Shown here in pieces: positions 39,790 to 52,882 of a stretch of 64,000 nt of DNA (positions are counted from its first letter, which is position 1; each line of letters opens with the position of its first letter). This DNA is from Azolla caroliniana. Taxonomy: Eukaryota; Plantae; Polypodiophyta. The stretch lies in NCBI GenBank assembly GCA_043228905.1, contig JBHGNT010000004.1, positions 22,134,001 to 22,198,000 of the forward strand, in the 5' to 3' direction. The notes beneath the pieces were generated by a model. That model made no database searches. It was given only the letters and a program-made list of their open reading frames with translations, and was not told where the DNA came from. The translations under genes and the position numbers were made by a program.

Positions 39790-41930
39790 AGATTGATTGG
39801 TGGTTATCCAATGATGTGGCTTGGCATAACTACCTAAAGAGGAGAGGGGGGGGGTCTGTGTCTAGAAAGAGACAAAATTATTTTCTAATGTCTGTGGGAT
39901 ATTGAATACAACTTGTGGGATGGGGTTCAACTCATGACGAGGATTGAACTTGGGTTCTCTTTGTTTTATAACTTTTAATTCTAGTGTGAAATAAACTAGA
40001 GATAGATAGTTATTAGATAGTAATTGAGTAGTACTTCTGGAATACATTCTCATCCAGATTTATGGGAAATAGGAAATGATTTGATATGAGTAGAAAACCA
40101 AAGATATTAAGGTATACACGACATAAGCATAATAAAACATCACAAAAATTCACTTTAAACCATGTGTTTGATTACAAAGAGAGCATGTTTCAAGTAGTTT
40201 GGCTTATGACAAGACTATATTGGAGGAGAAATCATTAACCAAAGTCTATGAATGTACGTACAATGAACTACGTTATTGATTATGATATGAGATATAGAAT
40301 CAAACCAATTGTCCATCATCAATCAATGGTTTCTTTGTACATGGTGGTGATGAGTAAAGCAACATGTGAGTATATATATATATAGGCAAATGGATGATGA
40401 TGTTTGTTTCTGATAGTGTGAAAACAAGCAAAAGTGTGTTTGGAGGCCAACTAAGTAAAACATGGTATGGTTATTAATTAGAAAAACAAAACAAAAACAT
40501 GGAGGCTATAAATATGTAGAACAAGATATAAGAATGTGGTTTTGTAATTTGTATAGATAAGACATAGAAAGGTGACTTGAGGAGGCAAAGACAATGATGT
40601 GGAAGCACAATATGATGTGGATGGAGCATGCAAATTTGACCTAAGGGACTATTTAACATATTATCGTCTAAGTGAGTCCTCCCTAAGATGGGGGAGTTAT
40701 TACTTAGAAGTCAAAACACTCTATGTGAAAATAATGCATGCACAAATGTGTTCACCATTCTTAATGGAGATTTGTGTATGACACTTAAGCTATCGCGTCT
40801 CACTAACAAATCATACTTCTTGCAATTTACATTAGAGTGCGATAGGTAGATAGATACATTGTGGTTATCGACTCATGTGGGACATCACAACTACCTACAG
40901 AGGAGAGGGTCTATGTGTATCTGGAAAGGTGTGAGTATTAGAATTACAATGGCCACACTCCCAAATTTGTAGCTTTATTGGAGGAGTAAATATAAAGATT
41001 GACAGTGTGCATGTACATCCAAAAGAGACGGATTCATATTCAAACGTCCATGGGAGATCAATATATTGGATGGATTGAACCCATGATGACTATCGATCTT
41101 GGCTCTCTTGTTTTTATGACTTTTAAATCCATTGTGAAATCAACTAGAGAGAGAGGGAGTTACTAGCTAGTAAGTTAGTCGTACTTTTGTAATACATTCT
41201 CATCCAAAACTATGGGAAATTGGAAATCATTTCACGTAATAGAAAGCAAAGACATGAAGGTACAAATGACAAATGTGTGATGACACATCAACAAATTCCA
41301 ATCTGAACTATTTGGTTGATTACAATCTTGAGCATGATTCAAGCACTCCTATTTATGAAGGGACAAAACTGGAGGACACATAATTAACTAAAGTCTATGA
41401 ACATATGTACATCGAACGATGTTATTGACCATGCGACAAGAAACTGAAACATAACCAATTGTCCATCATCAACCAATGGAGCGAGTCGAGTTCGTAAAGC
41501 AAGGAGCAGACAAACATGTGCACTATTGACATCGAGGGAGATTAAAGGGTTTTCTGTACATGGTCACAAAAGTGTAAAGATACATACAGTATACATATAT
41601 GCATGCATACATACATAAACATGCATACATACATACATACGTATATTATATGTTTATATATTATGCTTAAAAGGCAAGTGGATGATTGTATGACATATAG
41701 TGTGAAACGGAGAAGAGTATGTGTGTGTGTGTGGAGGCCAGCTAGGTAAATAGACCATTAGAAAAAAAAACCAACGAAGAACGTAAAGTCTACTTTTGTA
41801 GATAACGTAGACCAAGATATTAGGAGTCTAGTTCTGCAAATTTGTACAGACAAGACATGGGAAGGTGACGTGGAGGAGGGGAACGCTGACGTGGAAGCAG
41901 GGACAGGGGGACGTGGGGAGAGGGCCAAGG
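39790..41930. repeat. Old tandem duplication (about 0.8-1.1 kb) upstream of the LRR-RLK
   Basis: About 39790-40620 aligns by eye with about 40850-41930. Shared blocks include AATACATTCTCATCCA, AACCAATTGTCCATCATCAA and TGGAGGCCA.CTA.GTAAA. Confidence 0.8.
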
Positions 41931-41982
41931 TGACGTGGCGTATAGAAGAGCAGGGACAATGTGACGTGGCTCTACACACGTG
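41866..41982 (+). promoter_or_regulatory. Cluster of ACGT-core bZIP sites (C/G-box, ABRE-like)
   Basis: (T/G)GACGTGG occurs at 41866, 41887, 41909, 41931 and 41962, and CACGTG at 41977, about 600 bp upstream of the ATG. Confidence 0.6.
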
Positions 41983-42341
41983 TGGAAATTTCCAGTTTTT
42001 TTTTTTGTTTTTTTTGCATCGGATCCTCTTTCTTTTTAAAAAAAAACTTTAATTTTTTTGTTTTTTTTTTGGGGGGGGGGGGGGGGTTCTGATTAATTAA
42101 TTAATTAATTAATTTGATTGCTTAATTCGGAGGGAAGAGAGAGGAAAATGATGGAAGAAGAAGGAAGAACTTCTGTTAGACTGTTAAGCCCTGCTGCTCT
42201 TCATTCTCTCTCTCTCTCCTTTGTCTCTCCTTCACACACACACGCACACTCCTTGTCTTCTCTCTCTTTCTCTCCTGGTCTTCACTGTCTCTCTCTTTCC
42301 TTTCTTTGCCTTCACACACACACACACACTCTCTCTCCTTG

Positions 42342-42376
<35 letters not shown>

Positions 42377-42576
42377 TGTCTTCTCTCTCCTTTGCCTTCG
42401 CACACACACACTCTCTCTCTCCTTGTCTTCTCTCTCTCTCTCTCTCTCTCTTCCCCTGTTCCTGCCCTGTGACTTCGTCTCCATCCCCTGTTTCACTCAG
42501 TCACTCAGAGCTCGCTCCGCTCCGCTCCATATCCGCCGCCGCCATTACCACCAGCGCCGCCACAACCACCACCACC

Positions 42577-45380
42577 ATGGCCACCGCCATGGCTTCTCTC
42601 CTCCTTCTCTTCTTCTTCCTCCTGAGCAGCCCCCTTGCCTTGTCGCTCAACCACGACGTAACCCTCCTCCTACAGATCAAATCCACCCTCTCCAATGGCG
42701 CCACCCCCTCCTCCCTCTCCACCTGGTCCAACTCCACCCCTCTCTGCTCTTGGTCCAACCTCCAGTGGACCTTCACCACCAACTCCACCCTCCTAGACTG
42801 CTCCTCCCCGTCCCTCGCCACTAACCCTTCCCTCTCCTCCGACCCCTCCGTCGCCGCCATCGCCATCTCTCTCCCTTCCTCCGGCCTCCTGGGAAGCATC
42901 CCCGCGTCTCTCTCGTCCCTGGCCTCGCTGCAGACCCTGGACCTCTCCGGCAACAACCTGAGCGGCGGCATCCCATCCGCGCTAGGCCAATCCCCCTCCC
43001 TCGCCTACCTAAACCTAGCCTCCAACCAGCTCTCCGGCGCCATACCCGCCTCTCTGTGGAGCCTCTGCACCAGCGGCAAGAAGAGCAGCAGCAGCAGCAG
43101 CAGCAGCGATTCGTTGGCTCTGAGGGAGCTGAGGCTGGAGCGAAACGAGTTCTCGGGGGGTATACCATCACTGCCAAGCTCCGTCACAGAGTGCCCTGAC
43201 CTGCAGGCGATCGATTTCAGCTACAACTCTCTGTCAGGATCGATACCTGATTTCTTGGGGACCTTCGCGGGGGGGCTAAGCGATCTGAACCTACGGAACA
43301 ATTCGCTGAGCGGGGCCATACCGGGGAGCTTGGCGGGGCTAACGAATCTGACCCAATTCGACGTGTCCAACAACAATCTGAGCGGGCCGATCCCGGGCAT
43401 CAAATTGGGGGGCGGCGGCGGCGGCGGCGCGAGCGCATACGGGGGGAACCCGCAGCTGTGCGGCGCGCCGTTGGAAGGGGCGGCGTGCCCAGAGGTGTTG
43501 AAAGGGCACTTGGACAAGCGGGTAGTGGCGGCGCTGGTGATAGGGGCGATGGCGGTGGCGGTGGTGGGCCTGGCCATATGCGTGGCCATGGGCCACAGGC
43601 ACAACTGGGGCCGCGACGTCATGAGGTCCGGCCTCATGAAGCGCGAGCTCGTCGACGGCGGCGCCGGAGAAGACGACGTGGGCGACGGCAAGCTCATACG
43701 CTTCGAAGGCGGGGAGCATCTAAATGTGGAGGAGGTCCTCAACGCCCCCGGCGAGGTCCTAGGGAAGACTAGCTATGGCACTGTGTATAAGGCTAAACTT
43801 GGAGGAGCTGGAGCTGGAGCTGGAAATGGCGGCGGTATGATCGCTTTGAGGCTCCTTCGAGAGGACACCGTGAAGGATCGAGAGGAGTTCATGGTCGGCA
43901 TCCGGCAAATCGGACAAATCCGCTACCCGAATGTCGTGTCATTGCTCGCTTACTATGCAGGACCCAAAGGAGAGAAGCTCCTCGTCTACAACTATCTCTC
44001 CAGAGGCAGCTTGGCTGACCTCCTCTACAGTAAGTGCCAATCCCCTTTCTCTTCTTCTCAATTGTTGTTGCTACATACATACATACATACATACATATCA
44101 TATAACTTAGTGAATCCAATTTGTTACATACATATCATATAACTTAGTGGATCCAATTTGTTACATACATATCATCTAACTTAGTGGATCCAATTTGTTA
44201 CATACATATCATCTAACTTAGTGGATCCAATTTGTTACATACATATCATATAACTTAGTGGATCCAATTTGTTGGAGTAGCCGCAGCTGCTAGCAGACAA
44301 GAGATGTGCCCATCTAAACTTTGTAATCTCCATTTACATATTCGGCTGTAGGAACTGGCTGTAATCATGTACTAGAAATGGAGTCAATTAGGTCACTCTA
44401 AATGCCCATTACCTCTCTGGGCAGACATTGTTTTGGCCGGTGCTATATTTAATACTGTTAACCCAATCAATGAGCCTAGGCTACAGAGATGTGCCCATCT
44501 AAACTGTGTGTAGTGTAGCTCCATTGCACATCAGGCTGTAGCAACTGGCTGTAATCATGTAGTAATGGAGTCAATTAGGGCACTCTAAATGCCCATTTGG
44601 GCAGACATTGGTCTGGCTTAAGTCTCATGTCCAGCAACTACTCTTCAACTGGGTTTGGTGTGAATTTTTCAATCAAGTTTTTGGATGCAAAGATCCTTAA
44701 CCTTCATGTCTGCATTGGGTTGTGTAGATAGATCAGCTTCGAGAGCACCCCTAACTTGGGCAAGACGCCATAAAATCGCACTGGGCGCCGCCCGTGGACT
44801 CGCCCACCTCCACCATGGTCTCCATTCGCAAATCGTCCACGGGAACCTCAAGTCGAAGAACATCATCGTGGACGAGAGCTTCGAGGGCCACCTTGCCGAC
44901 TATGGCCTCCCATTGCTCATGAACCCGGGCTCCCAAGCCGAGATGCTCAAAAGCGCAGCGTCCCAAGGCTACAAGGCTCCCGAGCTCATCAAAATGTCCC
45001 GTGCCAACCCGAAAACCGATGTCTACAACTTTGGGATTATCCTCCTCGAGATCCTGACGGGTAAAAAGCCACGTGAGGCACCCGAGGGCTCTGGCTCCGA
45101 CAAACATGTTGTGGATCTTCCCGTGTATGTGAAGCAAGCTATCCTCGAAGAACGTGCGTCCGATCTCTTCGACTTGGAGATCCTCTCGGGGATGCGTAGC
45201 GCCATTGATGAAGGCCTTGTTCAGACATTGCAGTTGGCCATGGGTTGTTGTGCCCCATCGCCCATGGTTCGTCCCGACATCAAGGAAGTTGTACGCCGAT
45301 TGGAAGATATTCGGCCCAAGCTCCCCACACCCCTTTACACACCAATGGGCATGAAAAGTCCGCGAGACTTCATTGTGTAG
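42577..45380 (+). CDS. TMKL1: LRR receptor-like pseudokinase, TMKL1-like (LRR-III); exons 42577-44029 and 44728-45380
   Basis: Signal peptide, LRRNT, LRRs and a transmembrane helix are present. Kinase-domain motifs: FEGGEHLNVEEVLNAPGEVLGKTSYGTVYKAKL, IALRLLRE, WARRHKIALG, HGNLKSKN, GYKAPEL and LQLAMGCCAP. A phase-1 GT-AG intron joins the two ORFs. Confidence 0.88.
44092..44272. repeat. Intronic minisatellite, about 37-bp unit, about 5 copies
   Basis: Unit ACATATCAT.TAACTTAGTGGATCCAATTTGTTACAT. Confidence 0.92.
44300..44612. repeat. Intronic duplication of about 130 bp
   Basis: AGAGATGTGCCCATCTAAACT...GGGCAGACATTG occurs near 44300 and near 44485. Confidence 0.8.
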
Positions 45381-48300
45381 AATCCAATCATGTGTGCACA
45401 TGTTCTCACATATTCTTTGGTCAATGTTCACTATTTTACCCACCTTTTGGCCAATGTTCATGTCTAACAAGTCATACATAGTTCCAATGTTTGTGTAATC
45501 TACAATCTAACTTCTCTCGATTTTTCCAATCTCATACCCATAAGATAACCTCGCTCATTACCCCTATATCCTGATCCATGTTTGTTTGTGTCTCCATCTC
45601 TATCTCTCTCCCCCGTCCTTATTGGATGAGCATTTGTTTGTATCTCTATTTTGCACATGGAAATATTTCAAACAACAAGATGCCTGTGTGCCTATTCTAC
45701 TATTACTTCTGTCTTTAGGACATTGCTACGTCATACACAATGTACGTATAATTAGTGGATTCTAAATCATGGAAAAGTAATTTGTTGTGCTTGCCATCTC
45801 ATCAAATTCTTTTGTAAATGTAATTGAGATTACTCAACAGACTATTCAATGTTTTAAGTACTATTTTCCACTAAGAAGCATGAATGAATGGGGTCATGAA
45901 GATAAGTAAGTGAGCTAGGTCATGAAAATATATCAAAATAAAAGTGGTATTTTTTCAATCTTCATACAAAAGGATAGTAAGGACAAGGGTCCATGGAATA
46001 GAGTACGATTTCTATATAGGCCCAACTCTTAAAACCACATCAATTAATTTGAATATGACAAAATAAATCATGCTCATGCGAGAGTTGTGTGCAATGTACA
46101 ACATGCTCAAGGAATGATTTGTAGGATTAAAACAACTTGATGGTCGAAGGATTGTTTCATTGTTTCTATTGTTATAATTTTGCTAGCCATGAAGAATCAA
46201 GATGTGTTTAGTTATTGATATTCATTGCTTTGTAGGGACTAAAAGAACTATTTGTGTTTTTCTTCATTTCTTTTCGATCCCATTCTTTTGTAAATGTACA
46301 CTCAATTGAGTTATCTTTCCCTACACATCACAATGTAGTTGTAAAGATTGTGATTTGTAACCCTTTGGTAGTCGGCCAAACCCCATTGCATGCATGCATT
46401 AAGGTTTTGGATATCTATGTTTGTTTGGGTTGTTTAAATGGTCAAAGGGGGAATCTCCCCAATAGAGTATTTGGGTTAGTTTGCACTCCATGATGGCCAA
46501 TTGTTTGAGGAAGGTCCTCATTGTGATCAAGGTTCATCCTTCTCTTTAAGTAGTTTGACTTAAACTATATGATGTACTCTTTCAGAACAATGTGGCACCT
46601 ATTCACAACTATGAAAGTAAAGCTTTGCATAATAGAAGGTAAGTCTTGTATGCTAAACATCGAGTAGAATGCGATGCACTTTTCTTTTTCTCTCGATTCT
46701 TTCTTGCATGTTTAATAGTGGTACACAATATCGAATACCATGCACATGATTATGACGATGGGGTTAATGCCAATGTCATTACCATGCGCCTTGACATGAC
46801 ATTTACAACAAATACTACTAGTGAATACAATTATCATGTGAAGAGGTGTGAATTAAGGACAATATTATAAGGGAAGACTCTTGAAACTAGATGTGACATG
46901 ACGGAGTACAATGATTTGCATTGAAGATGCAAGAGTGTGTTGCAAACAAAGAGATAGCCGTCGAAGGAAATGCCTTGGTTTAAATAATTTGAAATAAGGA
47001 TGTTAGATAAAGGAAACAAAGTAAGACATGCCCTTATTGAACATATATTATTACGGACATGTATGTCATTGAACATGCATGAATTAGTGATGTTTGTGAG
47101 GACATTAGATTTGATGTAAAATATTTCTAGTTAAAAATGGAAATAGGGATCACTATTAAGATCAAGCTCATGAGTTACATGAAGACAATGCCATGAAAGG
47201 GGAATGATAATTAGGAATATTGCAAAATACTTGGGTTGATAGTTTTTAATCATACCATCAATTTGAAAACAAATGATCTCATGTCTTTGTATTCTTTTGG
47301 TAACTTGATTTCAAGGAATTACTTTGAAATAAAATATATAACACTAGGAATAGCAATAGCTATATTATCAACCAAGTTTGTTACTTCTAATGTAGAACTA
47401 AGAATGGTGAATGACTCCACCCAAAGTCCCAAGGGGATTGACACTGCACCATAAGTATGAGGTTCATGGAGTTGAGTTCTACCTTACGTCATCGTCAATA
47501 CACCAACCCACCAAGTGGCGTGCGATTATGTAATAGAACGATCTTTCCTAGGGGTAGTCACTTGCTAATGGACTTTGGACCCTAAGTAATTTACATGAGA
47601 AAGGGTAGTAAGACCTACCCTATCAAGGTTTGCATCCAAAAACTAGTGAGCAAGAAGGGCGTCACCTCATCAATGCCCAATCTGTCATAACTAAATTCGA
47701 TGCAGGCTTACTAGCTTGTAAGTTGTAACCATGAGGATGATTGGGAATTCAATCAAGATGCAGATCCATGGCTCAAGCTTTACAAGAATTTGTTCAACAT
47801 CAAGCACTCCATCATGTGGGTTGTGCTAAAATTTTCCACACCTTCAACATTGTGATGATACCCTATAATGGTTTTAAGGTACAACATCTTATTGTCTAAT
47901 TGAAGTCTCCCCTCATGGGTCTATTTGAGTTTGACTTGGGAGATGCAAGTTATTTAAGATATATGGGACTGCAAGTAGCTTGGAATGTGTCTACAGAATA
48001 ACTTTCAGATTAGTTGACTAGTTTTCTCTACTTTGGAGTACATAGATTGCTTTCCTCAAACCATCATCTTATAAAGATGAGTTGGGAAAAATATTTTGTA
48101 TGTTGTTGTTATGACTTTTCTAAAAACTAATGGAAGGATATGTTCTTTTGAAAAAAAAAAAAACATCTTATTGTCTAGGGTCATATTTGTGTCTAGTAAA
48201 AATGGCATATGATCAAACCTCGGTCTACATGAGAGCAATGTCCTAGAAGTCATAATAGAATCTTGCTTCTCTGGACAAGATTGGTGTGAAGAGAGCAAAT

Positions 48301-48789
48301 GCATGATAGCACAAAGTGCTCATGCCATTCCACACAATATAAAACATGGCATGAAAGCATAAGGATAAAAGAAATAATAATAATATAAACTTAAATTAAC
48401 ATATCATAGAAAAGAAGAGAGGATGAAAAAGAAATATATCGGGTCTAAAGTGTTGTTTTGAGCTTGAGAGGAGCATGACGAGCCATGTTAAACCCCCATT
48501 GCTCATACATAAACAACAAATAGCATAAAAAATTTGTTAGTAAACACTTTGATACTATTATTAAGAATATGTTACTAATCGATAGACCAAATGAAAGTAA
48601 AGAAAGGTGAATAGACCGCCATTCATATATGAGTTCTTTTTGTTTAAGTTTATCCGAGCATGTAGTGTTTTCTTAAGGCTTGTTAGGCGTTCATCCATCT
48701 TCTTGACGCTTGTCATTGGTTTGGTGGTGTTTGTCGGTGGTCCTCGACTAGAGAGAGATATGGTTTTAGAGAAAAGGATACCAAGAATG

Positions 48790-49055
48790 CAACAAACCCT
48801 AAAATGTAAGAAAACATTGCATTGAACATAGAGCTAGAAAGAAACCCTAAAAACACAACGTGAGAGAAACCCAGAAAACATGGAAAGAAACCCTACAATG
48901 CAAAACCTTTAAAATGCAGCAATAGACCCTAAAATGGAGCAAAGAACTTCAAACGCAACAAGATGCCCTAAGATGGATTAACAATCCCTAAACACACAGA
49001 AACCCTAAACCATAGAGAGAAACTCTAAAATGCACCAAGAAACCCTAAAATGCAC
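48790..49055. repeat. Degenerate minisatellite with an AAACCCTAAAA core
   Basis: About ten variants of AGAAACCCTAAAATGCA. Confidence 0.7.
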
Positions 49056-51420
49056 AAAATGGACACATGTGACAAATCATGATTACAAATATCAATATGT
49101 ATGAGGGATTGCTGATTGGAGTTTGTGTCTTAGGTTGGTTGGTGCTACTTGCATGGCATAGTTGAATGGTCCAAACCCCTCTAGAAACAAACCATTCTAT
49201 GTGCCTTGGATATCATGTGTATGCAATACATCTATAGTTGTGAGGTCTTCTTACATGGTTAACATAACGTGCTATTAGTTTTTGGTTGCTCCCGTTAGCT
49301 ACTATTAGTTGTTGGTTGTTCCCATTAGCTACTTTTAGTTGTTGGCTACTCCAATTAGCTTACTATTAGTTGTTGATTGCTACCATCCTTCACTTTAAGC
49401 GGATGTGAAGAGGTATGTATTTGTCCAATGATCATATGCATTCAATGTCGAGTTCTATCCCAAAATAATTATGAGGGAACTCGACTCGAAAGAGAGAGTT
49501 CTATACTATGTATGGTTACTCTAGCAGGCAAAACTCATAAAATGCATTTATTAGATTACAATAAAGGTTGAAACATTATAGATGTATGTTTTTTTTCCAA
49601 CAAATGAGTATTTTGTGTGTGTTTAACATTCAATCTGTTATGATCAAGCTAAGAACAAAAAAATCTTAACTTCTATGTAAAATGACCATTGCAACTCAAA
49701 TGTTTGGAATGTATTAACAAAAGGAACACAATTTTCTTTGACAAATAGTAGGAATTTATGAATGCATTTGAAATTAGAATTACCAAGGGTCATTTCAAAT
49801 AGCTATCTTTGCAAGAAATGGGAGTCAAGATGAAGATGAATATACACGTAACACAACATAATGTTTTATGCTTGTAGTCTTGTTAAAGGGTGAAAACAAT
49901 GGAAGGTGGTACAAATAAAGTACCAACTAACCAATTTATAGGCATGACATTAAGAGCCTATGATGTAAGTACTCTTTGGAGTAGTCCTAATGTTTAAGTT
50001 AAGATATCAAAATGGGCAATCATGCCTTAGGACAATCCTATTTATCATCAATACCAATTGATTAACATAATGCACTACCTCTTTCTCATGAACATGTTCA
50101 TGCAAGGGATGCTAGCACCAATAAATTGACATTAGATATACGACTATGGTTTTTGACCCTTGTGTTATGGAAAGTGATTTGTGAATCCATTTTTCCAGGA
50201 ACAAATTGTCATTATGCATGCTCAAGAACTAAATGTATGATGAGAGTTATAACAAATTTGATATGAAAGCCATACGCCAAGATTTGAACTCACAATAATA
50301 GCACAACTTTTGTTGCTACACAATCACAATGACATTTTAAAGAGTTATTTAGTCAAGTAAGCTCATGAATCTATAAGCAACAATTTGGTAATCATCTTTC
50401 ACATTGTGTTAAACCATGTGATGTCTTGCTCCATATGCCTTTATGACCTTGCTTGCTCGTCATCATTGTCGTGCTTTAATTGGGAAAGGTCATAGCAGTA
50501 TGTCACTGTGCAAAATAATATGATGCGATACTTTTCACTTGTGTTAGAACACCCATGTTTAGTAATGTAGTGGATATTACCACACACACACATGTATAAT
50601 CTAGTCAAAGAAGACTAAGTTCAAAATCAATATTAAATACTATAAAAAAATGATGTTTTTGGTATTTAAACCTAAATATAATATTCAACTTAGGGAGTTT
50701 GTATGTTGATGTACCTCTACAAAATATTTCCTTAAATATATTAGATGTCAAAGTTTATACACTTCTAGATTCTAGAACATATATTCATGTCGCTTGACTA
50801 GACATGCACAATTGTTTGAAAACCACAAAACAATTCTGCTTAGTTATTTTAACTAGAATAAGCAACTTGTTTTGAAATGCTCATAATTATTAACATGACG
50901 ATGAAAGCTTGACCTACGAAAGAAACAAAAGGTAAAAAATGATGGTTGGTCAACAATTCTTATTTCACTTTTCATATTATGGAGTAACTATTTACCGTTA
51001 GTAATGATCAACCCAATAGGTTATAGCTAGTAACGACATAATCATCTTCAAAGTTTCAAGATATCTCCTTTGCAATATTGTATCATGTTCTTTTCCTTAA
51101 CTAGGTGTTGTTTCTTTCTTCTCGTAAGCATCAGAATAATTCTTTGTGACCGTAAAGTCAAAAGATGTGACTCATTTAGAAATTACCCGTGGATTTGTTT
51201 CAATTTCATAAGCCTCGCTAGAGTTGTGATTTTGTTTACTTTACTTAGATAGATTCCATCATTAAAAGATAATTAACCATGGAAGAGACCGCCCTAATTT
51301 CTAATGATCCAATGTATAGGCAGTTGACAAAGCTTTATCTCTCGTACCCAGACTTTCTTAGTTGCATTTATATGGAAAAGTAAGGATACTTAATAAGATA
51401 TAGAAGTTTCATCTCATACA

Positions 51421-51493
51421 TCCGTTGTAGTCTAGTTGGTTAGGATACTCGGCTCTCACCCGAGAGACCCGGGTTCAAGTCCCGGCAACGGAA
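51421..51493 (+). tRNA. tRNA-Glu(CTC)
   Basis: Acceptor stem TCCGTTG/CAACGGA, anticodon arm CTCGG-CTCTCAC-CCGAG, T-arm GGTTCAAGTCC, and a downstream TTTT Pol III terminator. Confidence 0.96.
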
Positions 51494-52882
51494 TCTTTTA
51501 GGGTTTTCTTCTTCATTTTTATTACTAATAATATTTGAAACACTTCCTGATTGTTCATTAACATCGACAAACTCACCCATCCTAATTCACAAACTCCCTC
51601 CTCCTTATTTGAAACAGTTCCCAATTGCTCATTAACTTCGACAAATTATCTCTTTAATTCGAGAATGTTAATTTTGCCATTTTGCATTCATTTAGAGCAT
51701 ATGGTACAAGCTATAGCTACAATAATTAGAACTATGGTATCCCCAATAAAAGGACATCAGACTTGAGAACTAAAACTTGTTACAATAGATAAAAGGAAAC
51801 AACTCCATGAGTAAACCAATATTTTTATTGCACTGATTGTGGAATGGTTTGCGAAGCATATGTATATCCAATATCAATACAATCACTAAGGTCATCCACC
51901 TGCTATTGGACGTACTCAAGCCTTCATTAACTTCTAATTACCAAGCTACACAGAAATATTCATGGAACCAATTCATCTACCACCAATAACAGCAACATAG
52001 GGAGAACCTAGCATATACAATACTGACAAAGATCCACCATCTCATATTTATTTACATCATAGAAAACATATCATATGGATAAAGTTCTTCTTATTGATAC
52101 TTTGTTTTTACACTTCTCACATTTCTACTCGTGCATACCTCATGATTATCCATAAGAATCTCAAAAAGGCATGTCCACTCTTTAAGAATTCATTGCCGTA
52201 TCATATGGAATCTTCCATGCAATTAGCCGCATGCTAATTTAATCATTCAACCAATAATTTGATTCCATATAGATTTAAGCTTAATGCGATGAGAATTGTG
52301 AATATCGATGATCATACACACAGTTGGACCAGTTACATTACGCCAAAATATTGCAACACATGCTAAACCAACCAAAAACTAAAGAACAGAACATAATTAC
52401 TCAGAAAGTTTATTGTTTGACGCATGTGCTTGAATTGAGGCATATATATTTCCCTCTCTAAAGATATGATTAGAAGCAGAAGACATAGATTCCAAGTTAA
52501 ATCACATTATCCATTCAAGTTCACTGCAGGAAAGAAAAAATGGAGTATGATACTTCCTATTGTGGTAATTGAATTACATTTGAGCTCAATCGAACCAAAT
52601 CGATTTTTCACACTAATTTCATCCGAGCCGAATCTACCATATCCAGAATATAATCAAGCAAAACCTTTCATCTTTCTTTGATCGAATCAAATCTATGGCT
52701 ACAAATTCCTCGAGTACATTTTCTTTTTCCTGTTCCTGTTCCTCTTCTTCTTCTTCTTCTTCGTCTTCTTCTTCTTTGTTCACACCCTACCTGTATACAA
52801 GAATGTTGTAAGACCAAGTCTTTTTGCCAAGAAAAACCCTTGGAGGGGCTACTAACCAAAAACCACACACACCAACGAAGTG

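Noticed and set aside
42118-42576. 153-codon N-terminal extension of the LRR-RLK ORF
   Set aside because: It is made of CT/CA microsatellite 5' UTR that is open by chance and starts at TTG. The signal peptide begins at the ATG at 42577.
44092-44272. Regular repeats of about 37 bp resembling a CRISPR array
   Set aside because: The units are head-to-tail with no unique spacers and lie in a eukaryotic intron, so this is a minisatellite.
44751-45479. 242-aa antisense ORF, and similar antisense ORFs over RT genes
   Set aside because: These are shadow frames of GC-rich coding sequence on the opposite strand.
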